DNA from: Eubacterium sp.
Lineage (GTDB): Bacteria > Bacillota > Clostridia > Lachnospirales > Lachnospiraceae
Assembly: GCA_024697845.1 (NCBI GenBank)
Contig: JAILRZ010000049.1
Span: 11,404-75,403 of the forward strand
Length of the DNA: 64,000 nt
Direction: 5' to 3'
A program made the position numbers and the translations under genes. Positions 28,863 to 39,412 of the stretch are shown here, in pieces (within the stretch, counting starts at the first letter, position 1; every line of letters begins with the position of its first letter). Below the pieces are notes generated by a model. That model saw only the letters and a list, made by a program, of their open reading frames with translations. It was not told the DNA's origin and made no database searches.

Positions 28863-29755
28863 TATTCCAACGTTCCAACAAATCTTCTGATTTCATCATA
28901 CATACGACCTTCATTTAAAGACTGTACTGAAACGACCATTTCTTTCTTCGGTAACACGATAATATACTGACCATACTTTCCATCTGCCCTAAAGGATTCC
29001 TGCTCCTCATCAATCCAGAACTGATATCCGTATCTTAAGTCCCAGTCCTCCGGCATCTGGTTTTTTGTTGCTTCCTTTAAGTATTCCTCAGAGACGATTC
29101 TTTTGCCTTCAAAGGTTCCACCATTTAAGAGCATCTGTCCGAAGTTTCCGTAATCATCAATTATAAGATATAGTCCATTGGCAGCATGTATATGTCCCTT
29201 CGGGCATCTGGTCCAATCCGGACTAAAGATTTTTAACGGAGTAAACAATCTTGGTTTCAGATATTCCATAATATCCATTCCTGCCTTTTTTTCAATCAGA
29301 CAGGCAAGCATATATGTGTTGAAATTACAATACAGGAAACGCTTTCCCGGCTGATAACAGAAATTCTGAGAAAAAAAATAAGAAATCCAATCCTGTGTTT
29401 CATAGCGTTCCTGGTGATTGTCAAAAAACAATGCATGTTCTACTCCCGTTGTCATCGTAAGCAGGTGTCTTACCGTCAGATTGGTCAGATTTTCAGATGG
29501 ATTTTCCGGAAGGTATTCCCGGAAACTGTCACAAATCTTTTCATCCAGAGAAATTAGTCCCTCATCTATTGCTATTCCAACAGCAACGGAAACAAAACTT
29601 TTGCTAACCGACCAGGTATTCAATCTGCTTTTTTGACTTAATCTTCCCCAATCCAAAATTATTTTTCCCTGTTTGCGAACCTGCACATAGTTCAGAACAA
29701 TTTCCTTTTCCTTCATCTCGTTCAAAAATTGTTCAAACTGTTTTTCGATATTCAT
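28862..29755 (-). CDS. Serine hydrolase, beta-lactamase (class C-like) family
   Basis: SVSK (SxxK), LLTMTTG, YCN and ADGKYGQ motifs. Confidence 0.85.
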   Translation of the reverse strand: MNIEKQFEQFLNEMKEKEIVLNYVQVRKQGKIILDWGRLSQKSRLNTWSVSKSFVSVAVGIAIDEGLISLDEKICDSFREYLPENPSENLTNLTVRHLLTMTTGVEHALFFDNHQERYETQDWISYFFSQNFCYQPGKRFLYCNFNTYMLACLIEKKAGMDIMEYLKPRLFTPLKIFSPDWTRCPKGHIHAANGLYLIIDDYGNFGQMLLNGGTFEGKRIVSEEYLKEATKNQMPEDWDLRYGYQFWIDEEQESFRADGKYGQYIIVLPKKEMVVSVQSLNEGRMYDEIRRFVGTLE

Positions 29756-29829
29756 ATTTCTTCTGTCCCTTCTGTTTTATATTATTACACAAGAAAAAGA
29801 ACCAAGTGCTTCTCGGTTCTTTTTCTCTA

Positions 29830-31122
29830 TCATCCAACTTTTAATTTGAATCTCTGACCGTCTTTGTCAGTATCCACTTTTTCGATAACCGCACCTAGAC
29901 CAACCAGTTTTTCTTCAAAGCGTTCATATCCTCTTTGAATATAAACGATATCATCAACTTCCGTAAATCCGTTTGCCGCAAGTCCCGCAATTACAAGGGC
30001 TGCTCCGGCTCTTAAATCCGGTGCACTGACCTGGGTTCCTTCTAATCCACCAACACCTGAAATAAATGCAGTATTTCCTTCTACCTTAATCATCGCACCC
30101 ATACGATTCAATTCGTCTACATACTTGAAGCGGTTTTCAAAAATGCTTTCTGTAATCATGCTGCTTCCATTTGCCAAAGCAAGACAAACTGCCATCTGTG
30201 GTTGCATATCTGTAGGAAATCCCGGATAAGGTAATGTTTTAACCTTCGCTCCACTCATTCCTTCATTTCCTTTAACTTTTACTGCATCGTCGTACTCGAT
30301 GACAGTACATCCCATTTCAACTAACTTGGCCGAAATACATTCCAAATGCTTCGGAATAACATTCTTGATTAAAACTTCTCCACCGGTTGCTGCTGCTGCA
30401 CACATAAATGTACCAGCTTCAATCTGATCGGGGATTGTAGAATAAACTGTTCCATGCAACTTTGGAACACCTACAATACGAATTTTATCTGTACCTGCAC
30501 CGCGGACATTAGCTCCCATACTGTTTAGCATATTTGCAACGTCTACGATGTGAGGTTCTTTTGCTGCATTTTCAATAATTGTCTTTCCATCTGCATTTAC
30601 AGCTGCCAACATAATATTGATGGTAGCACCCACAGATGCGAAATCCAAAAAGATATTGTTTCCTACCAGATGCTCAGCCTTTGCATTCACCATACCATGG
30701 TCTGTTACCACATCAGCACCTAATGCTGAGAATCCTTTGAGATGTAAATCGATTGGTCTGCTTCCAATATCACATCCACCCGGAAGGGCAACTTCTGCCT
30801 TACCAAACTTTCCAAGCAAAGCTCCTAACAAATAATAAGAAGCTCTGATTTTCTTCATCTGCTCATATTCCACAATATGAGAACAGATTGTCTTTCCATT
30901 AATAGTTACTGTGTGTCTGTCATTTCTTGTAACAGTCGCACCAATATTTTCAATTGCCTTAATTAACTGGTTAATGTCGCTAACATCCGGCAAATTTTCA
31001 ATCGTCACGTCTTCGTCTGCCATAATTGCTGCGGCAAGTAATCCTAATGCAGCATTTTTTGCTCCGCCAATTTCGACTTCACCTTCTAATGCTTTGCCGC
31101 CTTTCATGATATAACGTTCCAT
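29830..31122 (-). CDS. murA: UDP-N-acetylglucosamine 1-carboxyvinyltransferase
   Basis: GAKNAAL, PGGCDIGSRPIDLH, PYPGFPTDMQ and DLRAGAAL motifs. Confidence 0.97.
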   Translation of the reverse strand: MERYIMKGGKALEGEVEIGGAKNAALGLLAAAIMADEDVTIENLPDVSDINQLIKAIENIGATVTRNDRHTVTINGKTICSHIVEYEQMKKIRASYYLLGALLGKFGKAEVALPGGCDIGSRPIDLHLKGFSALGADVVTDHGMVNAKAEHLVGNNIFLDFASVGATINIMLAAVNADGKTIIENAAKEPHIVDVANMLNSMGANVRGAGTDKIRIVGVPKLHGTVYSTIPDQIEAGTFMCAAAATGGEVLIKNVIPKHLECISAKLVEMGCTVIEYDDAVKVKGNEGMSGAKVKTLPYPGFPTDMQPQMAVCLALANGSSMITESIFENRFKYVDELNRMGAMIKVEGNTAFISGVGGLEGTQVSAPDLRAGAALVIAGLAANGFTEVDDIVYIQRGYERFEEKLVGLGAVIEKVDTDKDGQRFKLKVG

Positions 31123-31360
31123 ACACTCTCCTGATATCTATGTATAATCATTACAGAAATCGGCTTTCTGTAATCCCAATAATCCCAATGTCAATTTTTG
31201 GTGGCACGTTTTTACACGCACTTTTAAATATTATAACACAATATCTTCCTTTGTAAACCACTGAATACCACAATCTCTTGATACAGTTTATGATTTCTTT
31301 GTATAATTGTTACAAATTTGTCCCCAGAGTTTCTTTCATTTTACGTTCTTCTAAGGCATT

Positions 31361-31879
31361 TTAGACATCTACACCATATTCTTCTTCCAGTACATCCACC
31401 AGAGTTTCAATGGTCTTTTCAATGGTCTTTCGATGCTCATTCACAGTAATATCCGCATATTTTTTATAAAGGGGAACTCTCTCAGCATATAACCCGGCCA
31501 ATGTCTGATTCTCTTTTAAAACTACACCACGCTTCTTCAGATTTCCCAATCGTCTCTTTAATGCAGGAAGTTCCAATTCCAGATATACTACAGTGGCAAT
31601 TTCTTTCAAATGCTCCATCGCCTCGGTTCCATACACCACACTCCCACCAGTGGCAATTACTGTCTTCTCACACTGAATGGATGCATTGACATCATTCTCA
31701 ATTCGAACGAAACCATCAATTCCCTGTTCTGCTATAATTTCCTTCAGTAATTTTCCTTCTCTCTCCTGAATCAAAAGATCCGCATCCACAAAACGGTATC
31801 CCAAAATTTTTGCTAAAATTACGCCAATGGTGCTTTTCCCCACACCTGGCATTCCAATCAAAACAATATTATTCTTCAT
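31361..31879 (-). CDS. aroK: Shikimate kinase
   Basis: LIGMPGVGKST P-loop, VIATGGS and ERVPLY motifs. Confidence 0.88.
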   Translation of the reverse strand: MKNNIVLIGMPGVGKSTIGVILAKILGYRFVDADLLIQEREGKLLKEIIAEQGIDGFVRIENDVNASIQCEKTVIATGGSVVYGTEAMEHLKEIATVVYLELELPALKRRLGNLKKRGVVLKENQTLAGLYAERVPLYKKYADITVNEHRKTIEKTIETLVDVLEEEYGVDV

Positions 31880-33119
31880 CTGTTTCATTGCTATTTTCCT
31901 CTATCATGCTGGCACGTTTTACCGCATCATCTCCAAATTTCATTTTAATCTGATCCAATGCCCGTTCCAGACGTTCTATTTTTTCACCGGAGGGTTTCTT
32001 CCTTCCGGTTGATTGTTTCTCATTTTGAAGAAGGCTCTCAAAATCCAATTGTTCCGGTTCATCATAATCCACCAGGTTGGTAACCCTCACTCCAAGAAGT
32101 CGTACCGGCTTATGATTCCACAATTCTCGGAAAAGACCTTGCACGCTATGATATATTTCCGTTCCGGAATCAATGCCACGGTCAAAAGTTTCCTGCCGAG
32201 AATTTTTTTGAAAATCACTATATTTGACTTCCACTGCCACGGTCTTTGCTTTCTGTGAAATATTTCGTAATCTTCCTGCCACTTTATCCGATAACTGAAG
32301 AAGAATTCTATCTATTTCATCCGGCTTTGTATAGTCTTCAGGAAGGGTAATGGAATTTCCTACTCCCTTTGCATCATCTCTCACCGGCTCCACTACACTG
32401 TCATCGATTCCATTGGCAAATTGCCACAACAATAATCCATGACTTTTCAAGTGAGACTCCAAAATCGGAAGGGGACTATTTGCCAAATCTCCAATGGTCC
32501 TGATTCCCAGCTTATGCAACGTTTTGACACTGGATTTTCCTGCCATGAATAGTTTTTCCACCGGTAGTGGCCACATCTTCTGCTGAATTTCACTTCGGTA
32601 TAACGTATGAACTTTATCCGGTTTCTGAAAATCAGATGCCATTTTCGCCAATACTTTTACATCCGATATCCCTATGTTCACAGTAAAACCAAAAGTTTCA
32701 TAAATTGTTTTTTTTATATAATTTGCTGCTTCTTCCGGACTCAGGAAGGAATTCTGAATGCTGGAATAATCCAAATAACATTCATCAATGCTTACCTGCT
32801 CAATAATCGGTGTATAACTGCGAAGCAGTTCCATAAGTTTCCGGCTTTGCTCTTTGTAATACGAATGCTCCGGCGAAACAACAAGCAGATTCGGACATTT
32901 TCTTTTTGCGGAAGCAATTGGCTCTGCAGTATGAATTCCATATTTCTTTGCCGGAATAGACTTTGCTACTACGATTCCATGCCTTGTTTCCTGATTCCCG
33001 CCAATTACAGCCGGAATTTCCCGAATATCTACCGTCGCCCCTTCCCGAAGCATCTTTACAGCAGTCCAGCTCAAAAAAGCTGAATTTACATCAATATGAA
33101 AAATAAGATTCGTTATCAT
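31869..33119 (-). CDS. dinB: DNA polymerase IV (Y family)
   Basis: HIDVNSAF, SIDECYLD, LAKMASD, KPD and VRLLGV motifs. Confidence 0.95.
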   Translation of the reverse strand: MITNLIFHIDVNSAFLSWTAVKMLREGATVDIREIPAVIGGNQETRHGIVVAKSIPAKKYGIHTAEPIASAKRKCPNLLVVSPEHSYYKEQSRKLMELLRSYTPIIEQVSIDECYLDYSSIQNSFLSPEEAANYIKKTIYETFGFTVNIGISDVKVLAKMASDFQKPDKVHTLYRSEIQQKMWPLPVEKLFMAGKSSVKTLHKLGIRTIGDLANSPLPILESHLKSHGLLLWQFANGIDDSVVEPVRDDAKGVGNSITLPEDYTKPDEIDRILLQLSDKVAGRLRNISQKAKTVAVEVKYSDFQKNSRQETFDRGIDSGTEIYHSVQGLFRELWNHKPVRLLGVRVTNLVDYDEPEQLDFESLLQNEKQSTGRKKPSGEKIERLERALDQIKMKFGDDAVKRASMIEENSNETDEE

Positions 33120-33120
33120 T

Positions 33121-33687
33121 TTATTTTTTCTTCTCTACGGAATAACCAAACTTTCCTATATAAGCTCCTGTTTCAAAATACTGACCATGAGAATATACCA
33201 ATGGCTTTGCCTTGCTTAAATCAAATCTTCCGGTTTCATCCAGATATTTTTCGTCCGCATGGACACAAAGTACTTTTCCGATAAACATATCATGACTTCC
33301 GCAAGGAATCACCTGTGTCACTTCACATTCTATATTTACCGGACTTTCTTTAATCAACGGTGCCTTAACATACGTTGCCTTTTCCCTTGTAAGTTTTGCG
33401 GTTTTAAATTTATCTTCGTTTTTCCCGGATTTCACGCCACAATAATCTGTAGCAAAGGCTAAATCCTTAGTTGTCAGATTAATTACAAACTGACCGGTTT
33501 CCTGAATCATATGATAGGAATGCCTGGACGGGCGAATGGACACATAGGCCATTGCCGGATTTGTGTTGACAGTTCCTGTCCATGCCACCGTTAATACATT
33601 GTCATTGCCTTCATGATCTGCCACCGTTACCAATACTGCGGGAATGGGATAAATCATATTTCCTGCTTTCCAGGTCTGCTTTGCCAT
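33121..33687 (-). CDS. Flavin reductase-like FMN-binding protein
   Basis: YPIPAVLVT, RHSYHMI, FVINL and GSHDMFIG motifs. Confidence 0.88.
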   Translation of the reverse strand: MAKQTWKAGNMIYPIPAVLVTVADHEGNDNVLTVAWTGTVNTNPAMAYVSIRPSRHSYHMIQETGQFVINLTTKDLAFATDYCGVKSGKNEDKFKTAKLTREKATYVKAPLIKESPVNIECEVTQVIPCGSHDMFIGKVLCVHADEKYLDETGRFDLSKAKPLVYSHGQYFETGAYIGKFGYSVEKKK

Positions 33688-33699
33688 AATATGCTCCTT

Positions 33700-34821
33700 T
33701 TATTTCTTCTTTTTGTTCTTAATTGTAATCTTTTGAATCTGGTATTTAGAATCCTTTGTCGGAATTGACAGATTCATTTTGCCCTCATATTTTCCGGAGA
33801 ATCCTTCTGTATAACTGTTAATCAACGATGTTTTTGTCTTACATTCATAAGACACTTTGTAGGTGCAAACCACCTCGAAACAATCTTTCTTTTTATTGTA
33901 TGTCACATTTGTTTTCAGATCACTGATTTCCATTCCGGAAAAATCATATTTTTCCTGTTCCCTGTCCCCATAAATCTTTTGAACAATTCGATGAACTTCT
34001 TTCCCAGCATCTTTTTTACATTTTTTCTGGAAATACTGAAGATAATCTTTCTGTTTTCCATCTTTCTTACGGATTGCACTGAAGTATTGCTGAATCATTC
34101 CCTGGAACTGTTCTTCCACTTTTTCCTTATAGGATTTCTGTGCCTGATAAGAAATATTGCTTAAATTCTTCTTTTCTCCGGACTTGCTTATGGAAATCTT
34201 CTGGCTGTAAATTCCATATTTATTTTCAACACTGACTGAATATTCTCCTTTTAGAATTCTCGCAAAGTGATATACTTCTTGCGTTTTTCCCTTGGTCTGA
34301 CACAATTCCTTATCAATGATCGTGTCATTTAATTTCAACACATCTCCTTTTGGAATGGTCACTTCGCAATCCGACAAAAAGTATTTCTCCATATCCACTT
34401 TGTATGTCGGCTTTAATTGAAATCCTTTCCGATAAGTATTCAGATATATTTTAAAATTGGTCTTCTTTCCGGTTTCTTCATTGGAGCATTCAATCACTAC
34501 CAATTGCTTTCCGTTTTCCTTCTTTGGTTCTTTGATTTCGTATTTATCCACATTCAAGTCTTTTTTCTGTTCCACAATGATTTGTCCAAGAACCTTATCT
34601 TCAATAAAACTGTCTTCAGGAACATCAATCACCTTCCGAATTGCATTGTAATCCTGTTTCATAAATGCCTTAAAATAATTTACCGCAACTTCCGTCGGGT
34701 CAGATTCATGATGAATGTATCCGGCAACAATTCCAATTACCGCACATACTGCTATAAACACCAGAACTTTCACAAAAGAAAAAATTCTGCTATTCATCCA
34801 CTTTTTTATTTGATTCTTCAT
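33700..34821 (-). CDS. Hypothetical membrane-anchored extracytoplasmic protein
   Basis: Single N-terminal TM followed by PTEVAVNYFKAF (NTF2-like start, tentative). Confidence 0.7.
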   Translation of the reverse strand: MKNQIKKWMNSRIFSFVKVLVFIAVCAVIGIVAGYIHHESDPTEVAVNYFKAFMKQDYNAIRKVIDVPEDSFIEDKVLGQIIVEQKKDLNVDKYEIKEPKKENGKQLVVIECSNEETGKKTNFKIYLNTYRKGFQLKPTYKVDMEKYFLSDCEVTIPKGDVLKLNDTIIDKELCQTKGKTQEVYHFARILKGEYSVSVENKYGIYSQKISISKSGEKKNLSNISYQAQKSYKEKVEEQFQGMIQQYFSAIRKKDGKQKDYLQYFQKKCKKDAGKEVHRIVQKIYGDREQEKYDFSGMEISDLKTNVTYNKKKDCFEVVCTYKVSYECKTKTSLINSYTEGFSGKYEGKMNLSIPTKDSKYQIQKITIKNKKKK

Positions 34822-34986
34822 AGTTACTCCCTCTTCCATTTCTGTAAAACATCTCTTTAAATGTTACCCATTATCCTTGATTTTTGCAAGGCTTTTATGT
34901 ATCATCTTTATGTATCTGAAAACCTTCAGTCCCGTCAGATTATATTTCGGGATGATAGTAATAGAATTATAAAGAAAGGATTATCG

Positions 34987-35868
34987 ATGGATCAGAAATT
35001 AGTATTTCATGAAACACTGGTCTCTTTGGTTGAATATGCTTCTGCTCAAGGAAATCAGTTATCAAAAGAAGAAATTCAAAATCACTTTAAAGACTTATTA
35101 TTGGATGATGCTCAATATGACCTGATTTATTCTTATTTGGCAAACAATAAGATTTCAGTCGACGGCTATGAAGTTCCTGAAGAAACAATCTTTACGGAGT
35201 CTGCAGATGCTGAGAAAGACGAAGAAAACAGGAATCCTTCTCCGGAAAAAGAAACGAAAGAATCGGAAGAAGAACTTTCCTTTGTGAAAATGTATCTGAA
35301 AGAATTAGAATCCATTCCACCTGCAACGGAAGACGAAAAGTCTTCTCTGATTGAACAGTTATCTCAGGAAAATGCCGAAGTGGAAAACCGTCTTGTGGAA
35401 CTTCATTTGGAGGTAGTTGCTTCTCTTGCAGAATCCAAAAGAGGGCAAGGTGTTACCTTTGGAGACTTGATTCAGGAAGGAAATATGGGATTGATTCAAG
35501 CAGTCTCCCAGTACGAACCTTCCTTCGGTGATTTTAAAATCTACATTGAAAAAGAAATAGCTCAGGCTTTGGAACAAGCCATCAATTCTCAGGTTAGTTC
35601 CGACCGAATCGGACAGCATCTGGCAGACCGATTGAATCAATTGGATGAAGTCACCAAAGATTTGTCTGAGAAACTGGATCGTACTCCGGAAATTTCCGAA
35701 TTGGCAGAAGCTATGAGCCTTTCAGAGGATGAAGTATCCTGGTTATTAAAAACATCCCTGGATACCTTGTCAGTGAATGAAGACACACAAATCACATCTC
35801 CGGAAGAAGCAACACCAGAAGTGAAACAGGAAAGTGATCCACTGACCTGGAGAGTCAATAAAAAATAA
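34987..35868 (+). CDS. Degenerate sigma-70-like protein lacking region 4
   Basis: Region 1.2 (VKMYLKEL), region 2 (LVELHL...DLIQEGNMGLIQAV) and region 3 (LDRTPEISELAEAM); start 34987 behind AGAAAGGA. Confidence 0.8.
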   Translation: MDQKLVFHETLVSLVEYASAQGNQLSKEEIQNHFKDLLLDDAQYDLIYSYLANNKISVDGYEVPEETIFTESADAEKDEENRNPSPEKETKESEEELSFVKMYLKELESIPPATEDEKSSLIEQLSQENAEVENRLVELHLEVVASLAESKRGQGVTFGDLIQEGNMGLIQAVSQYEPSFGDFKIYIEKEIAQALEQAINSQVSSDRIGQHLADRLNQLDEVTKDLSEKLDRTPEISELAEAMSLSEDEVSWLLKTSLDTLSVNEDTQITSPEEATPEVKQESDPLTWRVNKK

Positions 35869-35904
35869 ACGAAAGGAGTTTCAGTCACGAAACTCCTTTC
35901 TTTT

Positions 35905-37041
35905 TTATCCTTCAAAATGCTTTGCTACTGTTTTTAAATCTTCAATAATTGGCAAATGTTGTGGACAGATTCCTTCACATTTTCCACAGGCAATACACTC
36001 GCTTGGTCTTCCAAAGACCTTCGCCAATCGTTCATAATATGTTCCTTGCGGTCTCCATGCCTCCATATCCTTTTCCAGCATATCCAGGTTATATAATGCA
36101 AAATATCTCGGAATGGCAATCTTCATTGGACAGCCTTCCGTACAATAAGAGCATCCGGTACAAGGAATAGCAACGCTTGCATTAATGATTTTTTCTGCCT
36201 CTTTTACAATCGCCAGTTCTTCTTCATTGAGCGGTTTGAAATCACTCATAAATCCAGTATTATCTTCCATCTGTTCCATATTGCTCATGCCGCTTAAAAC
36301 CATCTTCACGTTTGGCTGACTTGCCGCAAAACGGATTGCCCAGGATGCCACCGACGCGTCCGGGTTATAATCCTTAAATAACTTTTCTGCGCCCTTTGGT
36401 ACATTGGCTAAAGTCCCTCCACGCACCGGTTCCATAACAACTACTGGTTTTCCGTACTTTTCACAAATCTCGTAACATTTTCTGGACTGCACGCCTTCAC
36501 TTTCCCAATCCAGATAATTAAGCTGCAACTGAACAAATTCCACGTCCGGCTGTTCACTAAGAATCTTTTCCAGCATTTCCGCATTATCATGAAATGAAAA
36601 TCCAAAGTGTTTTACCAGTCCCTGTTCCTTCTTTTCCTTTAACCACTGAAAGCAATCAAACTTCAGATACTTGTCATACCGGTCTGCACCCACATCATGA
36701 ATCAGGTAATAGTCGAAATAATCCACACCGGTACTTTCTAACTGTTCTTCAAAAATCCGGTCCCGTCCTTCAATGGAATTAAAAAAGTCTGCATGAAGCT
36801 TCGTTGCCAATGTGAAGCTTTCTCTTGGATGGCGGGATGTCAGTACTTCCTTTACCGCATTCTGGCTTTTCATTCCACAATACATAATGGCTGTATCAAA
36901 ATATGTAAATCCTCTTTCCAAATACAAATCAACCATCTTCTTGGTCAATTCAATATCAATACTGCTGTCATCCGCCGGATTTGTCAACGGCAGGCGCATC
37001 AGCCCAAATCCCAATTTTTTTGCATCATTAAAAATATCCAT
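35905..37041 (-). CDS. Aldo/keto reductase with C-terminal 4Fe-4S dicluster
   Basis: LGFGLMRLP, YFDTA, ATK, CTGCSYC and CIACGKCEGICPQ motifs. Confidence 0.9.
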   Translation of the reverse strand: MDIFNDAKKLGFGLMRLPLTNPADDSSIDIELTKKMVDLYLERGFTYFDTAIMYCGMKSQNAVKEVLTSRHPRESFTLATKLHADFFNSIEGRDRIFEEQLESTGVDYFDYYLIHDVGADRYDKYLKFDCFQWLKEKKEQGLVKHFGFSFHDNAEMLEKILSEQPDVEFVQLQLNYLDWESEGVQSRKCYEICEKYGKPVVVMEPVRGGTLANVPKGAEKLFKDYNPDASVASWAIRFAASQPNVKMVLSGMSNMEQMEDNTGFMSDFKPLNEEELAIVKEAEKIINASVAIPCTGCSYCTEGCPMKIAIPRYFALYNLDMLEKDMEAWRPQGTYYERLAKVFGRPSECIACGKCEGICPQHLPIIEDLKTVAKHFEG

Positions 37042-37583
37042 AGTTTTTTTCTCCGTTCATCACTTTTCTTTTATTATACACATTTTCGTTCCATTTTACA
37101 GATTCTTTTAATAAAAAAAACAGAAGCACTCCATACAGCACCCAAAAAATGTAAGACTGTAGAAAGCACTTCCGTTTTCCTAAGAGATTTCAATTTATAT
37201 ATTTTTTAGAGATTAAAAAATATCTTTTGGAATATTAGCGAACGTCTCCGTTTGCTAAATCTACCTTTTCGAAACAGCCTTTTAAAAAATAGGAGGGGGA
37301 GAGGCTGTTTCAGATAAACGGAAAGGGAGCTAGACTTTTACGTCTGCTCCCTTGCATTTCGTTTAACAGTTACTAGTATAACAATTATAATATTTTTTGC
37401 AATGATTATTTTTAATGTACTAAAAAAATAAAGTTGGAAACTAATCTTTTTAAGAATTCGCATCTCCTTTGAATGAATTTCCTGCAATAATTCATCTCAA
37501 AGCAAAAAGCAAAACAAGTCCAATGAGATATAATCGCTTCGTTTTCCAAGCTCCTTTTTAACCGTTGCAAGCAACCAAGCAAC

Positions 37584-38522
37584 TTATGCTAAATATTCTT
37601 TTACTGATTTGTAAATTCCATCTCCATCCAGTCCGAATTCCTTTAATAATTCCAAAGCCGGTCCGGAATGTCCGAATACATCATTGACACCAATCTTCTT
37701 AACCGAAGTAGGCATTTTTTCGGAGAGGACATCACATACAGCACTTCCCAATCCACCAATCACAGAATGTTCTTCTACAGTCACAACCTTTCCGGTTTTT
37801 TTGGCAGAATTTAAGATAATTTCTTCATCCAATGGTTTAATGGTATGAATATTGATAACTTCTGCATCCACACCGTCAGCTGCTAACTTTTCTGCAGCTT
37901 CCAATGCCATGGATACCATCAGTCCGGTTGCCACGATGGTAACATCCTTACCTTCTCGCATTGTTACACCTTTACCAAGTTCGAACTTGTAATCTTCCTT
38001 GTTGATTACCGGTGCTGCAAGACGACCGAATCTCAAATAAACCGGACCATCTAATTCATATGCTGCTTTTACAGCCTGCTGTGCTTCAATGTCATCAGCG
38101 GGATTGATAATGGTCATTCCCGGAATGGTTCTCATTAATGCAATGTCTTCGTTACACTGATGTGTTGCTCCATCTTCCCCTACAGAAATTCCTGCATGTG
38201 TTGCTCCAATCTTTACATTCAGGTGTGGATATCCCACGGTGTTTCGAACCTGCTCAAAAGCACGACCTGCTGCAAACATTGCGAAGGAACTTGCAAACGG
38301 AACCTTTCCACAAGTTGCAAGACCTGCAGCCACACCAATCATATTGCCTTCTGCAATTCCGCAGTCAATGTGTCTTTCCGGAAATACTGCTTTAAACTTT
38401 GCTGTTTTTGTAGCTTCAGCCAAGTCCGCATCCAGTACGACTAAATTATCATGTTCTTTTCCTAGCTCTACCAATGCAGAACCATAACTATCTCTTGTTG
38501 CAATCTTCTTTACTTCTGACAT
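37584..38522 (-). CDS. tkt: Transketolase, C-terminal (pyrimidine-binding) subunit
   Basis: ATRDSYG, GIAEGNM, GEDGATHQ and VEEHSVIGGLGS motifs. Confidence 0.93.
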   Translation of the reverse strand: MSEVKKIATRDSYGSALVELGKEHDNLVVLDADLAEATKTAKFKAVFPERHIDCGIAEGNMIGVAAGLATCGKVPFASSFAMFAAGRAFEQVRNTVGYPHLNVKIGATHAGISVGEDGATHQCNEDIALMRTIPGMTIINPADDIEAQQAVKAAYELDGPVYLRFGRLAAPVINKEDYKFELGKGVTMREGKDVTIVATGLMVSMALEAAEKLAADGVDAEVINIHTIKPLDEEIILNSAKKTGKVVTVEEHSVIGGLGSAVCDVLSEKMPTSVKKIGVNDVFGHSGPALELLKEFGLDGDGIYKSVKEYLA

Positions 38523-39346
38523 AATGCTTCACCTGCTTTCTCTAATTCTTCCATAGCTACTGCAAACAATTCATCATTTGGTGCAGCACCATGCCAATTT
38601 ACCTTGTCTTCCATATAGGAAACGCCTTTTCCCTTAACAGTGTTCATAATAATTGCTGTCGGCATTCCTTTGGTTTCTCTTGCTTCTTTTAAAGCACTTC
38701 TAATTTCATCAAAATTATGACCATCAATTTTAATCACATGGAAATTGAAAGCTTCAAACTTCTTGTCAAATGGATATGGAGAACATACTTCTTCAATGCT
38801 TCCATCAATCTGAAGATTGTTATTGTCTAAAATCACTACCAGGTTATCTAACTTTCTTGCGCCTGCAAACATACATGCTTCCCAAACCTGACCTTCTTCA
38901 CTTTCTCCATCCCCAATCATGGTGTATACACGATAATCTGCGTTATCCAATTTTCCTGCCAATGCCATTCCAACTGCTGTCGAAATTCCCTGACCTAAGG
39001 ATCCTGCACTCATATCCACACCCGGTGTATGTTTCATATCCGGATGTCCCTGCAAGTAAGAAGATGGCTTTCTCAGTGTAACCATATCTTCCTTTGGAAT
39101 GAATCCTTTTTCAACTAATGTTGCATACAGACCTGGTGCTGCATGTCCTTTCGACAATACAAAGCGGTCTCTGTCTGCCGCCTTTGGATTCTTTGGATCC
39201 ACATTCATTTCCTCAAAATATAAGAATGTCATCATGTCAGCAGCGGAAAGTGATCCACCCGGGTGACCGGACTTTGCACTATGCACTCCCTCAATGATAT
39301 TCTTACGTACCTCATTAGCAACCTTTGCCAATTCTAAATTTTCCAT
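38510..39346 (-). CDS. tkt: Transketolase, N-terminal (TPP-binding) subunit
   Basis: GHPGGSLS, DRFVLSKGHA, GSLGQG and GDGE...EGQVWEA motifs. Confidence 0.93.
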   Translation of the reverse strand: MENLELAKVANEVRKNIIEGVHSAKSGHPGGSLSAADMMTFLYFEEMNVDPKNPKAADRDRFVLSKGHAAPGLYATLVEKGFIPKEDMVTLRKPSSYLQGHPDMKHTPGVDMSAGSLGQGISTAVGMALAGKLDNADYRVYTMIGDGESEEGQVWEACMFAGARKLDNLVVILDNNNLQIDGSIEEVCSPYPFDKKFEAFNFHVIKIDGHNFDEIRSALKEARETKGMPTAIIMNTVKGKGVSYMEDKVNWHGAAPNDELFAVAMEELEKAGEALCQK

Positions 39347-39412
39347 GGTTCTTCCTTTCATTTTTCGCGAAAGACCTTCTGCCTTTCGATTTATATTGTT
39401 CCATAAATGGTA

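Noticed and set aside
37113-37260. Lysine or c-di-GMP riboswitch
   Set aside because: Only short fragments resemble the consensus; the conserved cores are missing.
37337-37462. 41-aa hydrophobic minus-strand ORF (MRILKKISF...) as a type I toxin
   Set aside because: The RBS directly abuts the ATG, and hydrophobicity is expected from AT-rich DNA.
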